DNA of 64,000 bases from positions 2,684 to 66,683 of the forward strand of contig CAIWEX010000067.1 of assembly GCA_903911795.1 (NCBI GenBank), written 5' to 3'. Under the pieces are notes generated by a model. That model did no database searches. It was not told the DNA's origin and saw only the letters and a list, made by a program, of their open reading frames with translations. Both the position numbers and the translations under genes were made by a program. Source of the DNA: an uncultured Schlesneria sp. (GTDB taxonomy: Bacteria > Planctomycetota > Planctomycetia > Planctomycetales > Planctomycetaceae). Of this stretch, positions 29,286-41,847 are shown piece after piece (within the stretch, counting starts at the first letter, position 1; every line of letters begins with the position of its first letter).

Positions 29286-30491
29286 ATGCTGATTCGAAGT
29301 CTCTTGTTCGTCATTACCCTGTGTGGTTACCTGTGCACGTTATCTTTGTACGCGGCTGACGCTTTGCCGTTTCGTACGGACAACGGCACCGACAAGTCGC
29401 TGCCCTGGTTTCCACTCGTGGATGGCAAGTTCCCTCCGCCCGGTTCGGCACATGCGATCTCGGGCGAGTTGATTCAGGTCGACCATCTGGAGCGGCGGTT
29501 TCAACTGCGAGTCGATCGTAACGACAGCCAGCAGGCGGGCTTCCTGGATCTGGCCTTGGATAGCGTGATGTTGCCGTTTGGCTCGATCTATTACCACGGC
29601 GCTCCGGCGGCATTACAGGACATTCCGATCGGTACGCATTTGTATGGCCTGTACTATCTCAAGGACCCAAATGACAAATCGGTTCCACCGGCTGGCCCGG
29701 ATCGTCGAGTGACGGCGGAAGCTCCCTTTAAGCGTTGTCTGCGTCTGGAAGACGACTTCACGTATTTCACACGGCAAAAGCAGTCTTGGAAGATTGATGC
29801 CGTAAACCTGAAGGACAAGAAACTGACGGCCACGCTGCAAACAGACGGCGCTGCAGTCGGCAAACCAAAACTGTTTGATCTGATCAGCAGCACGCGCGTG
29901 CAGATCGGAAATGGTTTCGGAACGCTGGAGTCAATTTCTGTCGGGCAAAACGTGCAGTTCAACGTTACCTGGGCGACACTTTACGGGCCGGGTCGTATCC
30001 TGGAAATCTGGCTGGACGAACCGAGCCGTCAATTAGCGACTGCTCAGCAGCTGGAGCGTCATCGCGACCATGTGCGAGACCGAGGCTTGCCCGGTTGGAT
30101 TGATGCTGTCGACGACGATGCACAGATTGTGACGATCACATTCTTTGATGGAGTCGACCCCAAGCTGTTCGGAGAATTGACAGGGATCAACGAAGAGCCG
30201 CACGGCTGGCCATTCTCGAAACGAGAAGATGATCCGAAGGCTCCGAAAGGGGGGATCGCGGTCGCGCGTGAGTGCCTGATGACATACGATCCGGTCAACG
30301 ACAGGAAGGGTGGTAACATCCTGACCATCAACAAGGTCCCGGTCGAAGTCGGCAGCAGCGGTGTGCAGATCAAGGTGAAGTGTTGCATGCTGCTGGAAGG
30401 TCATCGCCCCGGTCGCATCGTCCGTTTCTACCCGGCGACGTGGAAAGTCAACGCGTTGCCGCGTGAAGAGCAGTTTCACGGCCGCGAGTAA
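29286..30491 (+). CDS. Secreted protein of unknown function
   Basis: Signal peptide, 401-aa ORF co-oriented and closely spaced within the cassette. Confidence 0.75.
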   Translation: MLIRSLLFVITLCGYLCTLSLYAADALPFRTDNGTDKSLPWFPLVDGKFPPPGSAHAISGELIQVDHLERRFQLRVDRNDSQQAGFLDLALDSVMLPFGSIYYHGAPAALQDIPIGTHLYGLYYLKDPNDKSVPPAGPDRRVTAEAPFKRCLRLEDDFTYFTRQKQSWKIDAVNLKDKKLTATLQTDGAAVGKPKLFDLISSTRVQIGNGFGTLESISVGQNVQFNVTWATLYGPGRILEIWLDEPSRQLATAQQLERHRDHVRDRGLPGWIDAVDDDAQIVTITFFDGVDPKLFGELTGINEEPHGWPFSKREDDPKAPKGGIAVARECLMTYDPVNDRKGGNILTINKVPVEVGSSGVQIKVKCCMLLEGHRPGRIVRFYPATWKVNALPREEQFHGRE

Positions 30492-30544
30492 CAATTCGTT
30501 TATTGGCGATAACTTTCTCACACCATGAAAGCGGTGACCTCGTT

Positions 30545-31732
30545 ATGAAGCTGCACTGTTGTTTTCTGTTACTTTTCGTTGTGTCGTGCTTTGAACGCTG
30601 GAATTCGGTCTTTGCCGCGCCTCCGGCCGGACTGGCAACCGTGAAAACGCGTGCCGACCTTGATGCCGTCATTTCGTCGACACCAGATGCGGAGTTGAAG
30701 AAAGCGTTGCAGGATCATGCCGACGCGATAGTCGCAGCAGCAGAACGACGGATCCACGTCGAGGCTGTTCTAAAAGCCATTGAGATCTCGCCGGGGAAAG
30801 TCGAGAAGATCAATACAACTCCAGAGAGCTTAAAGAAGGTCGTCGGTGCAGATGTCGTACTGTTTGACACGCTGAAACTCGTAGATCTGGCGATGCCGAA
30901 CGCGGGTCCGCACGACCATCGCAAGGTCGATCCCTATGACGCGGCATTCTTTCAGCATCTGGGACACATTCAGTCGCTTGAAACCCTCAACATCATCGCG
31001 ACGAAACTCAATGATGACTGGATTGCTCCGCTGGGCCAGCTCACCCGATTGAAATCGCTCCGATTCACGAATAACGGCAAGCTGACAGATGCAGGACTCG
31101 AACAACTCGCCGGTTTAAAGAACCTCGAAACGTTTTCGTTCGTCGGTACCGGCATGAAGGGACATGCTTACTCGAAATTTCATGGATGGACGCGGCTGAT
31201 TAAAGTCAGTCATCGCGGCAGTTCGATTGACGACGAAGGTCTGCAACAACTTTGCGAACACCTGATCAATCTCGAAAGCATCAGTCTTGCTCATGCCAAG
31301 TTCACCGATGCTGGAGCCGTGCATCTCGCGAAGCTCACGCGGCTCAAGGGACTGGAGATCGGGAGTCAGAATGCAACGCCCAGTTGCCTGAAAAACATCA
31401 GTACCCTGCCATTGGAATACCTGCAGATCGGCGATGGCCTCGATAAGCCTGAAGGCATCAGACTGATCAAAGACATACCGACCCTTCGCCGACTGACGTT
31501 AACCAACGCCAAAGATCTTACGGACGCCGACCTGAAAGTTGTGGCAGGGATCACACAACTGGAGCACCTTGAGTTGGGGAGGATCGACCTGACTGATGAG
31601 CGTCTGGACCAGCTCAAGAATTTTGCGTTTCTCAAATCAATGCGACTGGTTCCGGCCGCAGCCCCGTTTAGTCCTGAAACTCAAGCTCGGATTAAACTGC
31701 TTCTGCCGAAGCTCGAGATTCAATTCAAATAG
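30545..31732 (+). CDS. Secreted leucine-rich repeat protein
   Basis: About 9 ~24-aa LxxLxxLxL...TDxGL units after a helical N-domain; signal peptide. ORF is open from 30503. Confidence 0.85.
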   Translation: MKLHCCFLLLFVVSCFERWNSVFAAPPAGLATVKTRADLDAVISSTPDAELKKALQDHADAIVAAAERRIHVEAVLKAIEISPGKVEKINTTPESLKKVVGADVVLFDTLKLVDLAMPNAGPHDHRKVDPYDAAFFQHLGHIQSLETLNIIATKLNDDWIAPLGQLTRLKSLRFTNNGKLTDAGLEQLAGLKNLETFSFVGTGMKGHAYSKFHGWTRLIKVSHRGSSIDDEGLQQLCEHLINLESISLAHAKFTDAGAVHLAKLTRLKGLEIGSQNATPSCLKNISTLPLEYLQIGDGLDKPEGIRLIKDIPTLRRLTLTNAKDLTDADLKVVAGITQLEHLELGRIDLTDERLDQLKNFAFLKSMRLVPAAAPFSPETQARIKLLLPKLEIQFK

Positions 31733-31835
31733 CTGATCCGCGGGAAAGTGGTCTCCGAGGCAGCGTCGAAGATATCACACTCGCCAGCGTGTACTTCACG
31801 TCCCGGGTCATTGACGATGATGGGTCACGCACACT

Positions 31836-31952
31836 GATAGTCGTGGTTCGCTCCGCGAACCAACGCCGCATTTGCGTATGCCAACTTTGCATCGTCACCG
31901 TAAGTCGTGTTAAACGAAGAAGCGTTGGTTCGCAGGGCGAACCACGACTATC
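31836..31952. repeat. REPIN-like doublet, family A
   Basis: First 31 nt identical to 13869-13899; inverted right arm; unrelated core. Confidence 0.85.
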
Positions 31953-32002
31953 TCATGCCTCAGAAAATCGCGAGCAATGGCGACTGAAAAGATCGCTTCC
32001 TT

Positions 32003-32072
32003 TCGTCAATTCGTTGACGAATGTATACGCAAATGTGCTAATCTCGTGGTGTCACAGATTGTGATTTTCACA
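32003..32072 (+). promoter_or_regulatory. Candidate promoter/operator region of the copper ATPase gene
   Basis: Perfect TCGTCAA-N4-TTGACGA dyad over a TTGACG -35; TG-C-TAATCT extended -10 at 19-bp spacing; TCACA-gat-TGTGA-ttt-TCACA downstream. Confidence 0.4.
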
Positions 32073-32150
32073 CGTTTGCGTTTCGTAGAAATGCGACAGG
32101 CAAAACAATCCGGGTGACTTTTCAAGTCGACTCAGAAGGTAAAGTGTTTC

Positions 32151-34604
32151 TTGAACTCCAACGGTTCTCTGCTTCCGATTCTGAATTCAGCTTCGCCGCC
32201 AGCGGTTGACCCCGTGTGCGGAATGACTGTTGATCCGTCGAGTGCCGCGGGTTCGCACGAGTACGGTGGGACCACGTATTACTTCTGCTCGTTGTCGTGT
32301 CAGAAGCGATTCCGAGCCACTCCCGATCGATTCCTGGAACCTCAAGCAACGCACTCGTGCTGTGACCACGAATCAGTCGTGGCGGGGGCCGAGTACACCT
32401 GCCCTATGCATCCGGAGGTGCTGCAGATCGGTCCGGGTATCTGCCCTCAATGTGGCATGGGCCTGGAACCAATTGACCAGCGAGCGCTCACGAAGGTCGA
32501 ATACGTTTGTCCAATGCATCCCGAAGAGGTGAGCGATCATCCCGGCCCGTGTTCCAAATGCGGGATGGCCCTGGAATCTCGCACCATCGAGTTGCAGGAT
32601 GGCCCAAGCCATGAACAGACAGACATGATGCGGCGATTCTGGGTAGGCCTGGTCCTGGGGCTGCCGGTATTTCTGGTGGCAATGTCCGACATGGTTCCAG
32701 GTAATCCCCTGCACCATTGGGCAGGAGTGCTGAATTGGGTCCAACTGCTGCTCGCGACGCCCGTCGTCTTCTGGTGCGGTTGGCCGTTCTTTGAGCGGGC
32801 CTGGCTTTCCATCCGCCATCTCAGTCCGAACATGTTCACTTTGATCTCGCTTGGGGTCGGGTCTGCCTATGCCTACAGCCTGATCGCCACCGTCGTACCC
32901 GGATTGTTTCCCGAGGGGTTCCGCCACGCGAACGGCTCCGTGATGCCGTACTTCGATACTGCCGTCGTGGTGACGGTGCTGATCCTGCTTGGCCAGGTGA
33001 TGGAACTGAAAGCACGCAGCAAAACGAATGGGGCCATCAAACGATTACTGGGTCTGGCACCGAAAACGGCCAGACGGGTCGCGTCAGACGGGACTGAAGA
33101 GGACGTGTCTCTGGAACTGATTCAGCGAGACGACGTACTTCGCGTTCGGCCCGGTGAGAAACTTCCTGCAGATGGTCGCGTCGTAGAAGGACGCAGTTCG
33201 ATCGATGAATCAATGATCTCGGGGGAGCCTCTACCGGTCGAGAAGCTGGTCGGCGACCAGGTCATCGCGGCAACGATCAACGGCACTGGGACGCTGTTAA
33301 TCCGTGCCGAAAAGGTTGGTTCCGAGACGCTTCTCGCACAGATCATCCGAATGGTCGGCGATGCCCAACGCACGCGTGCTCCTATCGAGCGGGTCGTCGA
33401 CCAAGTATCGCGCTATTTCGTTCCTGCCGTGATGGGGACGAGTCTGCTGACTTTCGTGGTCTGGAGTCTGGTCGGAGCAGAACCACGGCTGGCTCATGCA
33501 CTCGTGAATGCAGTCTCCGTATTGATCATCGCCTGCCCCTGTGCGCTGGGTCTGGCGACGCCGATGGCGATTATGGTCGGCGTGGGACGTGGAGCAGAGA
33601 ACGGTATCCTCGTTAAAAATGCCGAGGCACTGGAAGTGCTGCAACGAGCCGACACACTCGTGATCGACAAGACTGGAACGTTGACGGAGGGGAAACCGCA
33701 TCTTGTCACCGTCGAACCAGCGGATAAGTTCACGTCCAACGAGGTCTTGCGACTGGCGGCGTCCCTGGAACTTGGCAGTGAACATCCATTGGCGGCGGCG
33801 ATTGTGCAGGGAGCCGAAGAACGGGGATCAAAGCTGGCCGCAATGGAACAGTTTGAATCCCTCACCGGCAAGGGTGTGATCGGCGTTGTCGATGGAAAGC
33901 GTGTTGTACTCGGTAACGCGGGACTGATGTCGGATCTCGCCATCGATCTGACGAAACAGGCCACTCATCTGGACGAATTACGCAGCGCGGGACAAACCGT
34001 GATGCATCTCGTTGTCGATGGTCAATTCGCAGGAATCATCGGCGTGGCAGATCGAATTAAGGCGACAACGCCTGACGCACTGCGTGCACTGCAGAAGGCG
34101 GGATTAAGGATCGTCATGCTGACCGGTGACAGCCGTCGGACTGCGGATGCGGTCGCCAAAACACTGGGAATCGACGAAGTGATCGCCGAAATGCTGCCGC
34201 ACCAAAAGCTCGATGTGGTGAAGCGACTGCAGGCGGAAGGGCATGTCGTGGCGATGGCAGGCGACGGTATCAACGATGCTCCGGCTCTGGCACAGGCTCA
34301 TGTGGGTATCGCGATGGGTTCCGGTGCCGATGTGGCGATGGAGAGTGCCGGAATGACTCTCGTTCGCGGTGATCTGCAGTCGCTGGTTCGTGCACTGCAT
34401 CTGAGTCGTGCCACGATCACAAACATTCAACAGAATCTGAGCTTGGCATTTCTTTACAACGTGGCCAGTGTTCCCGTAGCGGCTGGAATTCTTTATCCGG
34501 TTTTTGGGCTGTTGATCTCACCCGTCTGGGCCAGCGTCGCGATGAGTCTGAGTTCACTGTCAGTCGTGGGCAATGCGCTCCGATTGCGAAGCGTGAAATT
34601 GTGA
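32151..34604 (+). CDS. copA: Heavy-metal (Cu+/Ag+) P1B-type ATPase with YHS domain and two CPMHP metal-binding domains
   Basis: DPVCGM...[44 protein letters not shown]...MSLSS. Confidence 0.92.
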   Translation: MNSNGSLLPILNSASPPAVDPVCGMTVDPSSAAGSHEYGGTTYYFCSLSCQKRFRATPDRFLEPQATHSCCDHESVVAGAEYTCPMHPEVLQIGPGICPQCGMGLEPIDQRALTKVEYVCPMHPEEVSDHPGPCSKCGMALESRTIELQDGPSHEQTDMMRRFWVGLVLGLPVFLVAMSDMVPGNPLHHWAGVLNWVQLLLATPVVFWCGWPFFERAWLSIRHLSPNMFTLISLGVGSAYAYSLIATVVPGLFPEGFRHANGSVMPYFDTAVVVTVLILLGQVMELKARSKTNGAIKRLLGLAPKTARRVASDGTEEDVSLELIQRDDVLRVRPGEKLPADGRVVEGRSSIDESMISGEPLPVEKLVGDQVIAATINGTGTLLIRAEKVGSETLLAQIIRMVGDAQRTRAPIERVVDQVSRYFVPAVMGTSLLTFVVWSLVGAEPRLAHALVNAVSVLIIACPCALGLATPMAIMVGVGRGAENGILVKNAEALEVLQRADTLVIDKTGTLTEGKPHLVTVEPADKFTSNEVLRLAASLELGSEHPLAAAIVQGAEERGSKLAAMEQFESLTGKGVIGVVDGKRVVLGNAGLMSDLAIDLTKQATHLDELRSAGQTVMHLVVDGQFAGIIGVADRIKATTPDALRALQKAGLRIVMLTGDSRRTADAVAKTLGIDEVIAEMLPHQKLDVVKRLQAEGHVVAMAGDGINDAPALAQAHVGIAMGSGADVAMESAGMTLVRGDLQSLVRALHLSRATITNIQQNLSLAFLYNVASVPVAAGILYPVFGLLISPVWASVAMSLSSLSVVGNALRLRSVKL

Positions 34605-34836
34605 TCGGGCTGATATTGCCATAGCGTTTCACCCAACGCATCGAAATCTACAAGGGCGAAATCCGCATAGCGTACCGAGTGCCGCATCGCCCTTTTGTCG
34701 AATGTCCAGATAGACGGTGCCAATGACACCATCGATTGCAGTGACGCGAAACTCCTTTGGAGCATGCACTCGAGTAATCCCAGGTAGCAAACACTGGAGC
34801 CCGCCCGCTCGACACTTGCCATCTGTTTCTGGTATC

Positions 34837-35886
34837 ATGCAGCGGATGAATTCACCGCTTCGTCAGACCCGGTCGCACCTGATGGCCCTGTTTCAGCAGG
34901 AGGGTTTGCATCCGCGCGGCGATCTGGGTCAGAATTTTCTCATTGACCTCAATCTGCTCGAAAGCATTGTCGCAGAAGCGGATCTCGGTCCGGACGATGT
35001 GGTCCTTGAAGTTGGCGCCGGTACCGGTGGCCTGACTGCATTTCTTGCGGCAGAAGCTGGTGCGGTCGTCTCGGTCGAGTACGATCCGAATATGTATCGT
35101 CTGGCGCACGAAACAGTTGCCCATTTGCCGGATGTCACTCTGCTGAACTGCGATGCGCTCCAGAGCAAGCATCACATGAACCCGCTGATCTTGACGGAAG
35201 TGTCACGGGAACTGGCACTTGATCCGCAGCGGCGTCTGAAACTTGTCGCGAATCTTCCGTACCATATCGGTACTCCCGTCATCGCGAACCTGCTGGTTTC
35301 GAACTACCCGCTGGAACGGATGGTGGTGACGATCCAGTATGAGCTTGCTCAACGCCTGTGTGCCAGGCCGCACACTTCGGACTACAGTGCTCTTTCGGTG
35401 TTCGTGCAGGCTCAAAGTCGAATCAAGATTGTTCACAAGCTGGGACCATCAGTCTTCTGGCCCCGGCCCGATGTCGACTCCGCGATCGTCCGGATTGACC
35501 CTGACCAGGAGCGTCGCAGTCAGATCCACGATCTGGGCCTCTTTCAGGTCTTTCTGCGAGATTTGTTCACTCAGCGTCGCAAAGTTCTGCGGGGTGTTCT
35601 GGGACAAATCTTCAAGAAGCGATTGCCAAAACCGGCCATCGAACAGATTTTGACGGAGTTGCAGATTCCGGCCGACGCGCGAGCCGAGGAACTGGAAGTC
35701 GAACAACTGGTCGCGCTAGCCAACCGACTGCAGCAGGCCGTTGCTGGCGATAGCCAATCCCCGACGGATGCGACAGTCAAAACAACAGACGAAACAGTGG
35801 GACCTTCGGAAACAGAACTTTTTGGGAAAGCTTCCGGGGAAGGTCACGAGAACACAGACAATACGGAACCGAATCGGGACGGTTGA
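34837..35886 (+). CDS. rsmA: 16S rRNA m6,2A dimethyltransferase RsmA/KsgA
   Basis: LGQNFLID, LEVGAGTG, ANLPY, FWPRPDVDSA, QRRKVL; acidic C-terminal tail. ORF is open from 34717. Confidence 0.92.
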   Translation: MQRMNSPLRQTRSHLMALFQQEGLHPRGDLGQNFLIDLNLLESIVAEADLGPDDVVLEVGAGTGGLTAFLAAEAGAVVSVEYDPNMYRLAHETVAHLPDVTLLNCDALQSKHHMNPLILTEVSRELALDPQRRLKLVANLPYHIGTPVIANLLVSNYPLERMVVTIQYELAQRLCARPHTSDYSALSVFVQAQSRIKIVHKLGPSVFWPRPDVDSAIVRIDPDQERRSQIHDLGLFQVFLRDLFTQRRKVLRGVLGQIFKKRLPKPAIEQILTELQIPADARAEELEVEQLVALANRLQQAVAGDSQSPTDATVKTTDETVGPSETELFGKASGEGHENTDNTEPNRDG

Positions 35887-38509
<2,623 letters not shown>

Positions 38510-38591
38510 AGCTGTCTGAATTGAGCCTGACAGGACATCAGATCCCGGATGGCTCGATCGACAAAAATAATGCTTCGCAAATTCAGTTTCA

Positions 38592-38651
38592 GGCTCGCTT
38601 CGCGACAGAGCCACACTACCCCAGTCGCCCCTGGTGCGATTGGGGTAGTGT
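38592..38651. other. Paired hairpins (16-bp stem), terminator- or REP-like
   Basis: ACACTACCCCAGTCGC/GCGATTGGGGTAGTGT stem plus adjacent GGCTC...GAGCC stem. Confidence 0.5.
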
Positions 38652-38888
38652 CGTTTCAAGTTCGCGGCATTCGTACGAGTCGGCTGACGTTGAATCGTTT
38701 CTCGTGTCCTGAGCGACAGCCACTTTGCCTCCATCCACGCGAATGCGGCGCAGTTTTTCCAAGAATTCAATGACTGCGGCGACTGGATCCCCGGGCAATC
38801 TGCGTGGAATTGTGCGCGATTCAATGAAAGCATGGTGTGGTATGATGTGACGATTTCTGGAATCCCTGTCCCTGGCGGGTAATGTCCT

Positions 38889-40868
38889 ATGTCAATTGGC
38901 TGTCGAAAATCAAACGCACTGCTGGTTGCGACATTGACGGTGTTGCTGAGCGGATGCGGCTTGAATGTCCCGACGAACCTCGATTCGGCAGGCGATCCGC
39001 TGCCTCCTCATGCAGTCATACGACTCGGAACGGTGCGCTTCCTGCCAGAGCCAAATCGGACCGACGTCATCCAATATTCATCCGATGGAAAATATCTTGC
39101 TACGGCTGGTTTCGCTGGAACCGGTGCCTTGCATCCACAGGTCCATGTCTGGGAACGACAGACGGGACGGGACGTGACGCCGACGGATCTAAAGAAGGTC
39201 GATGCCACGGGGATTTCCTGGATGCCGACTGGACATCGATTCGTTACTTCGCACGCTTCAGGCAACCGGTGGGCGGGCCTGCGTATGTGGACCATTGGGA
39301 AAGATCGACCGGTTTCACTCACGCGTATCGACCCTGGGTATTTGACTGTGATCTGTGCTCCAGCAGGGGAACATATTGCAGCCAGAACGGAGGAAGAGGA
39401 GATCGTGTTGTTCGATTCGAATGGAAAGGAAGAATTTCGCTTTCCATTCAATGGCAAACAACAGACATTCAACGTGGCCCGCGTGATGGATTTTTCTCCG
39501 GACTGTCAGCGACTCGCCGTAGTATCCGATGTGGGAATTGATATCTACGATCTCACGAGACAGACGCGCACCAGCACAATCGCAACGACGGCAAAATTCA
39601 TCAACTGTGTCCGATTTCTGCCTGACGGAGCATCTGTCGCGATCGCGACGGACAAAGGATCCCGAATCGTATCAGTTGAATCGGGCGACTCTCACGAGAA
39701 GGTGTTCGGCAACGGGTTCATCGAAAATGTTGCAGTGTCGTCTGAGGGGCGTTGGCTGATAAACGCAGCGCACCAGGGCCCCGGAACCATTTGGGACTTG
39801 AATACGGGAAAATCGACCTGCGATCTACACCTGGGGGATACAACTGGAGGGATCGCGTTTGCGCCGGACAATTCGGAACTGGCAATTTCAACTCGTCGAA
39901 TCTCTTTCCTGGAGACCGGGACATGGAAAGATCGACCTACAGGTGATGGTCACGACGCGATGATCGCCAATGGGATACTGGCGGATAACGCGATCTGGAC
40001 AGGAGAATATGGCCCCGTCATCAGAAAGTGGAATCTACGTGACGGTGCTCCGCTGGATTCGATCAACCGAATGTCCGCCACGACTTCAGCGATTGCGTTC
40101 ACGAGTGAATCAGAATTGGCTGTCGCTGGTCTCATCGCAGAAATCGATATCCTGGATATCCAAACCAGGAAACTCGTATCGAGCCTCGACGGCCGCGAGC
40201 CATACACCTCCGCACTGGCGTACTCACCACCGCAGCATCGACTCATATCAGCAGGTCCAGACGGATTCGTTCATGGATGGGACTATGATCGTGAATCGCG
40301 AACGTTTTCAAATATTTTCGAGCAATCGATTGGTATCAAACCGGCCCGGCCCCAGCTTGCTGTTTCTCCAGATGGCAAGTTCTGTGCGTGCGGCAATGCA
40401 CCTTCAGGGCATGTGTACTTGCTGCGCACTGCCGATGGCAGTTGCTGCTGGACAGCAGACATGGCAACGAGTCGATCCTTATTTTCGCCGGTCGCATTCA
40501 CGTCGGATTCCAAGCAGGTCGCAACGATTGAGTCTGATTTGGATTTTGCGACGAATGAGTTCATTCAGTCAGTTCACTTTCGAGACTGTTCTACAGGGAA
40601 GTCGACACGTCAATTGGAATGCAAAGCGATCGATATTACTGCCATTGCAATTTCGCAAGACACGCAGTTCGCGGCCGTTGCCGTTTTACAAAACGACTTC
40701 GTCAATCAGATCCAGATTTGGTCAATACCGCAGAATCGCCTCATTAAGAACTTGACTGGACACTTTGAGTGCGCGCACTGGCTGAGTTTCACTTCTGATT
40801 CCAAACGGTTGATCAGCCTGTCGCCGGACACTGGTCTGGTGTGGAGTCTTGAGCAGATTGTGAAGTAG
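38889..40868 (+). CDS. WD40-repeat lipoprotein
   Basis: LLSGC lipobox, GDPLPPHAVIRLGTVRF, many FSPDG/IWD blades. Confidence 0.85.
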   Translation: MSIGCRKSNALLVATLTVLLSGCGLNVPTNLDSAGDPLPPHAVIRLGTVRFLPEPNRTDVIQYSSDGKYLATAGFAGTGALHPQVHVWERQTGRDVTPTDLKKVDATGISWMPTGHRFVTSHASGNRWAGLRMWTIGKDRPVSLTRIDPGYLTVICAPAGEHIAARTEEEEIVLFDSNGKEEFRFPFNGKQQTFNVARVMDFSPDCQRLAVVSDVGIDIYDLTRQTRTSTIATTAKFINCVRFLPDGASVAIATDKGSRIVSVESGDSHEKVFGNGFIENVAVSSEGRWLINAAHQGPGTIWDLNTGKSTCDLHLGDTTGGIAFAPDNSELAISTRRISFLETGTWKDRPTGDGHDAMIANGILADNAIWTGEYGPVIRKWNLRDGAPLDSINRMSATTSAIAFTSESELAVAGLIAEIDILDIQTRKLVSSLDGREPYTSALAYSPPQHRLISAGPDGFVHGWDYDRESRTFSNIFEQSIGIKPARPQLAVSPDGKFCACGNAPSGHVYLLRTADGSCCWTADMATSRSLFSPVAFTSDSKQVATIESDLDFATNEFIQSVHFRDCSTGKSTRQLECKAIDITAIAISQDTQFAAVAVLQNDFVNQIQIWSIPQNRLIKNLTGHFECAHWLSFTSDSKRLISLSPDTGLVWSLEQIVK

Positions 40869-40973
40869 TGTCGCCAAACCTGGAATCGGCCACCGTTTTT
40901 TGCGAACCAACCGAGACTAGAGCGCATCACACTTAAGTGTAGCGGCATCAAAAGTGGCATCGCCCAACGCATT

Positions 40974-41050
40974 GAGCCCTGACCGTGAGGGAGCGGTTGA
41001 GCTGGCTAGTGCGATGGAAGAGGAAGACCGCTCCCTGACGGTCGCGGCTC
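40974..41050. repeat. REPIN-like doublet, family C
   Basis: GAGCCCTGACCGTGAGGGAGCGGT versus the reverse complement of ACCGCTCCCTGACGGTCGCGGCTC, 21/24; between convergent genes. Confidence 0.75.
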
Positions 41051-41079
41051 CGGGATGTAACGTGGTTTCGGCATACACG

Positions 41080-41823
41080 TCACTGACTGGCGGTCAAAGT
41101 GGCAATGGCCAGGCGTCCGTCGGTTTTCCAGAGATCACCGCCCCCGTTTCGCCCCGACAGCTTTGAGTGAAATGTCACTCGCCACTGGACCATTTTCAGT
41201 CTTGCTGCACTGGTCAGGTCAGCAAGAATCTTATCCCGCTCGGCATCGACATCCGGTCCAATATGATGAGTGATCTGACCCGTCGTGTGACTGAAACCGA
41301 CTTTCTCGTCGTACGTGGCAGCGCCAACCCAGAGTGGAAGCCCTTGATTGTCCAGCAGCTTTGACTTCCAGAATCGGACGTGGTGCCTGCGTCGCGGATC
41401 GTCTCCGACGGGCTGCTCGAACGCCAAGTCCTGCTTGTGACCCCAGACATACAAGTTGCTGACAGGGGCGTCATCGTAGGGGCGACGCAAGACGCTGTCG
41501 CCGGCAATCCGCAGAGAACTCTTCAGAGTCAAGGGATCTGCGGGAAACCAGCCCGCCGCCAGCAGTGACTGCGTGACCGACTCTTCCGAGCCGATCAGAC
41601 AGATATTGATCGGATCACCCGGAATGTGTGAACTGGTCCTGGCGATCTCTGGAACGTCACTCAGAGCAGGATGTGACCCCGCTTCGGCTAGACGCCACAG
41701 GGCGGGGATCAGAACATAGGAGATGAGCATGTATGTCAGCAGGCTGAAAGCTGACCAGCGGAGCGCCACCCAGCGAAACCGGGGCTCACGGAGTTCAGAT
41801 TCGGAGGGACCTGTCGAAGCCAT
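41080..41823 (-). CDS. LssY C-terminal domain-like protein
   Basis: GDPINI.L.G, AGWFPAD, PVSNLYVWG.KQDLAFEQ, RRHHVRFW, WVGAATYD, THHIGPDVDAERD. Confidence 0.8.
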   Translation of the reverse strand: MASTGPSESELREPRFRWVALRWSAFSLLTYMLISYVLIPALWRLAEAGSHPALSDVPEIARTSSHIPGDPINICLIGSEESVTQSLLAAGWFPADPLTLKSSLRIAGDSVLRRPYDDAPVSNLYVWGHKQDLAFEQPVGDDPRRRHHVRFWKSKLLDNQGLPLWVGAATYDEKVGFSHTTGQITHHIGPDVDAERDKILADLTSAARLKMVQWRVTFHSKLSGRNGGGDLWKTDGRLAIATLTASQ

Positions 41824-41847
41824 GGCAATACCTTGGGAACAAAGCGG

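Noticed and set aside
27846-30491. DUF1552 (TAG stop) is in frame with the next gene, suggesting readthrough
   Set aside because: TGA and TAA stops lie in frame in the gap, so no fusion is possible.
13869-31952. Family A repeats as a possible CRISPR array
   Set aside because: Copies are kilobases apart and occur as inverted pairs, not direct repeats with regular spacers; no cas genes.
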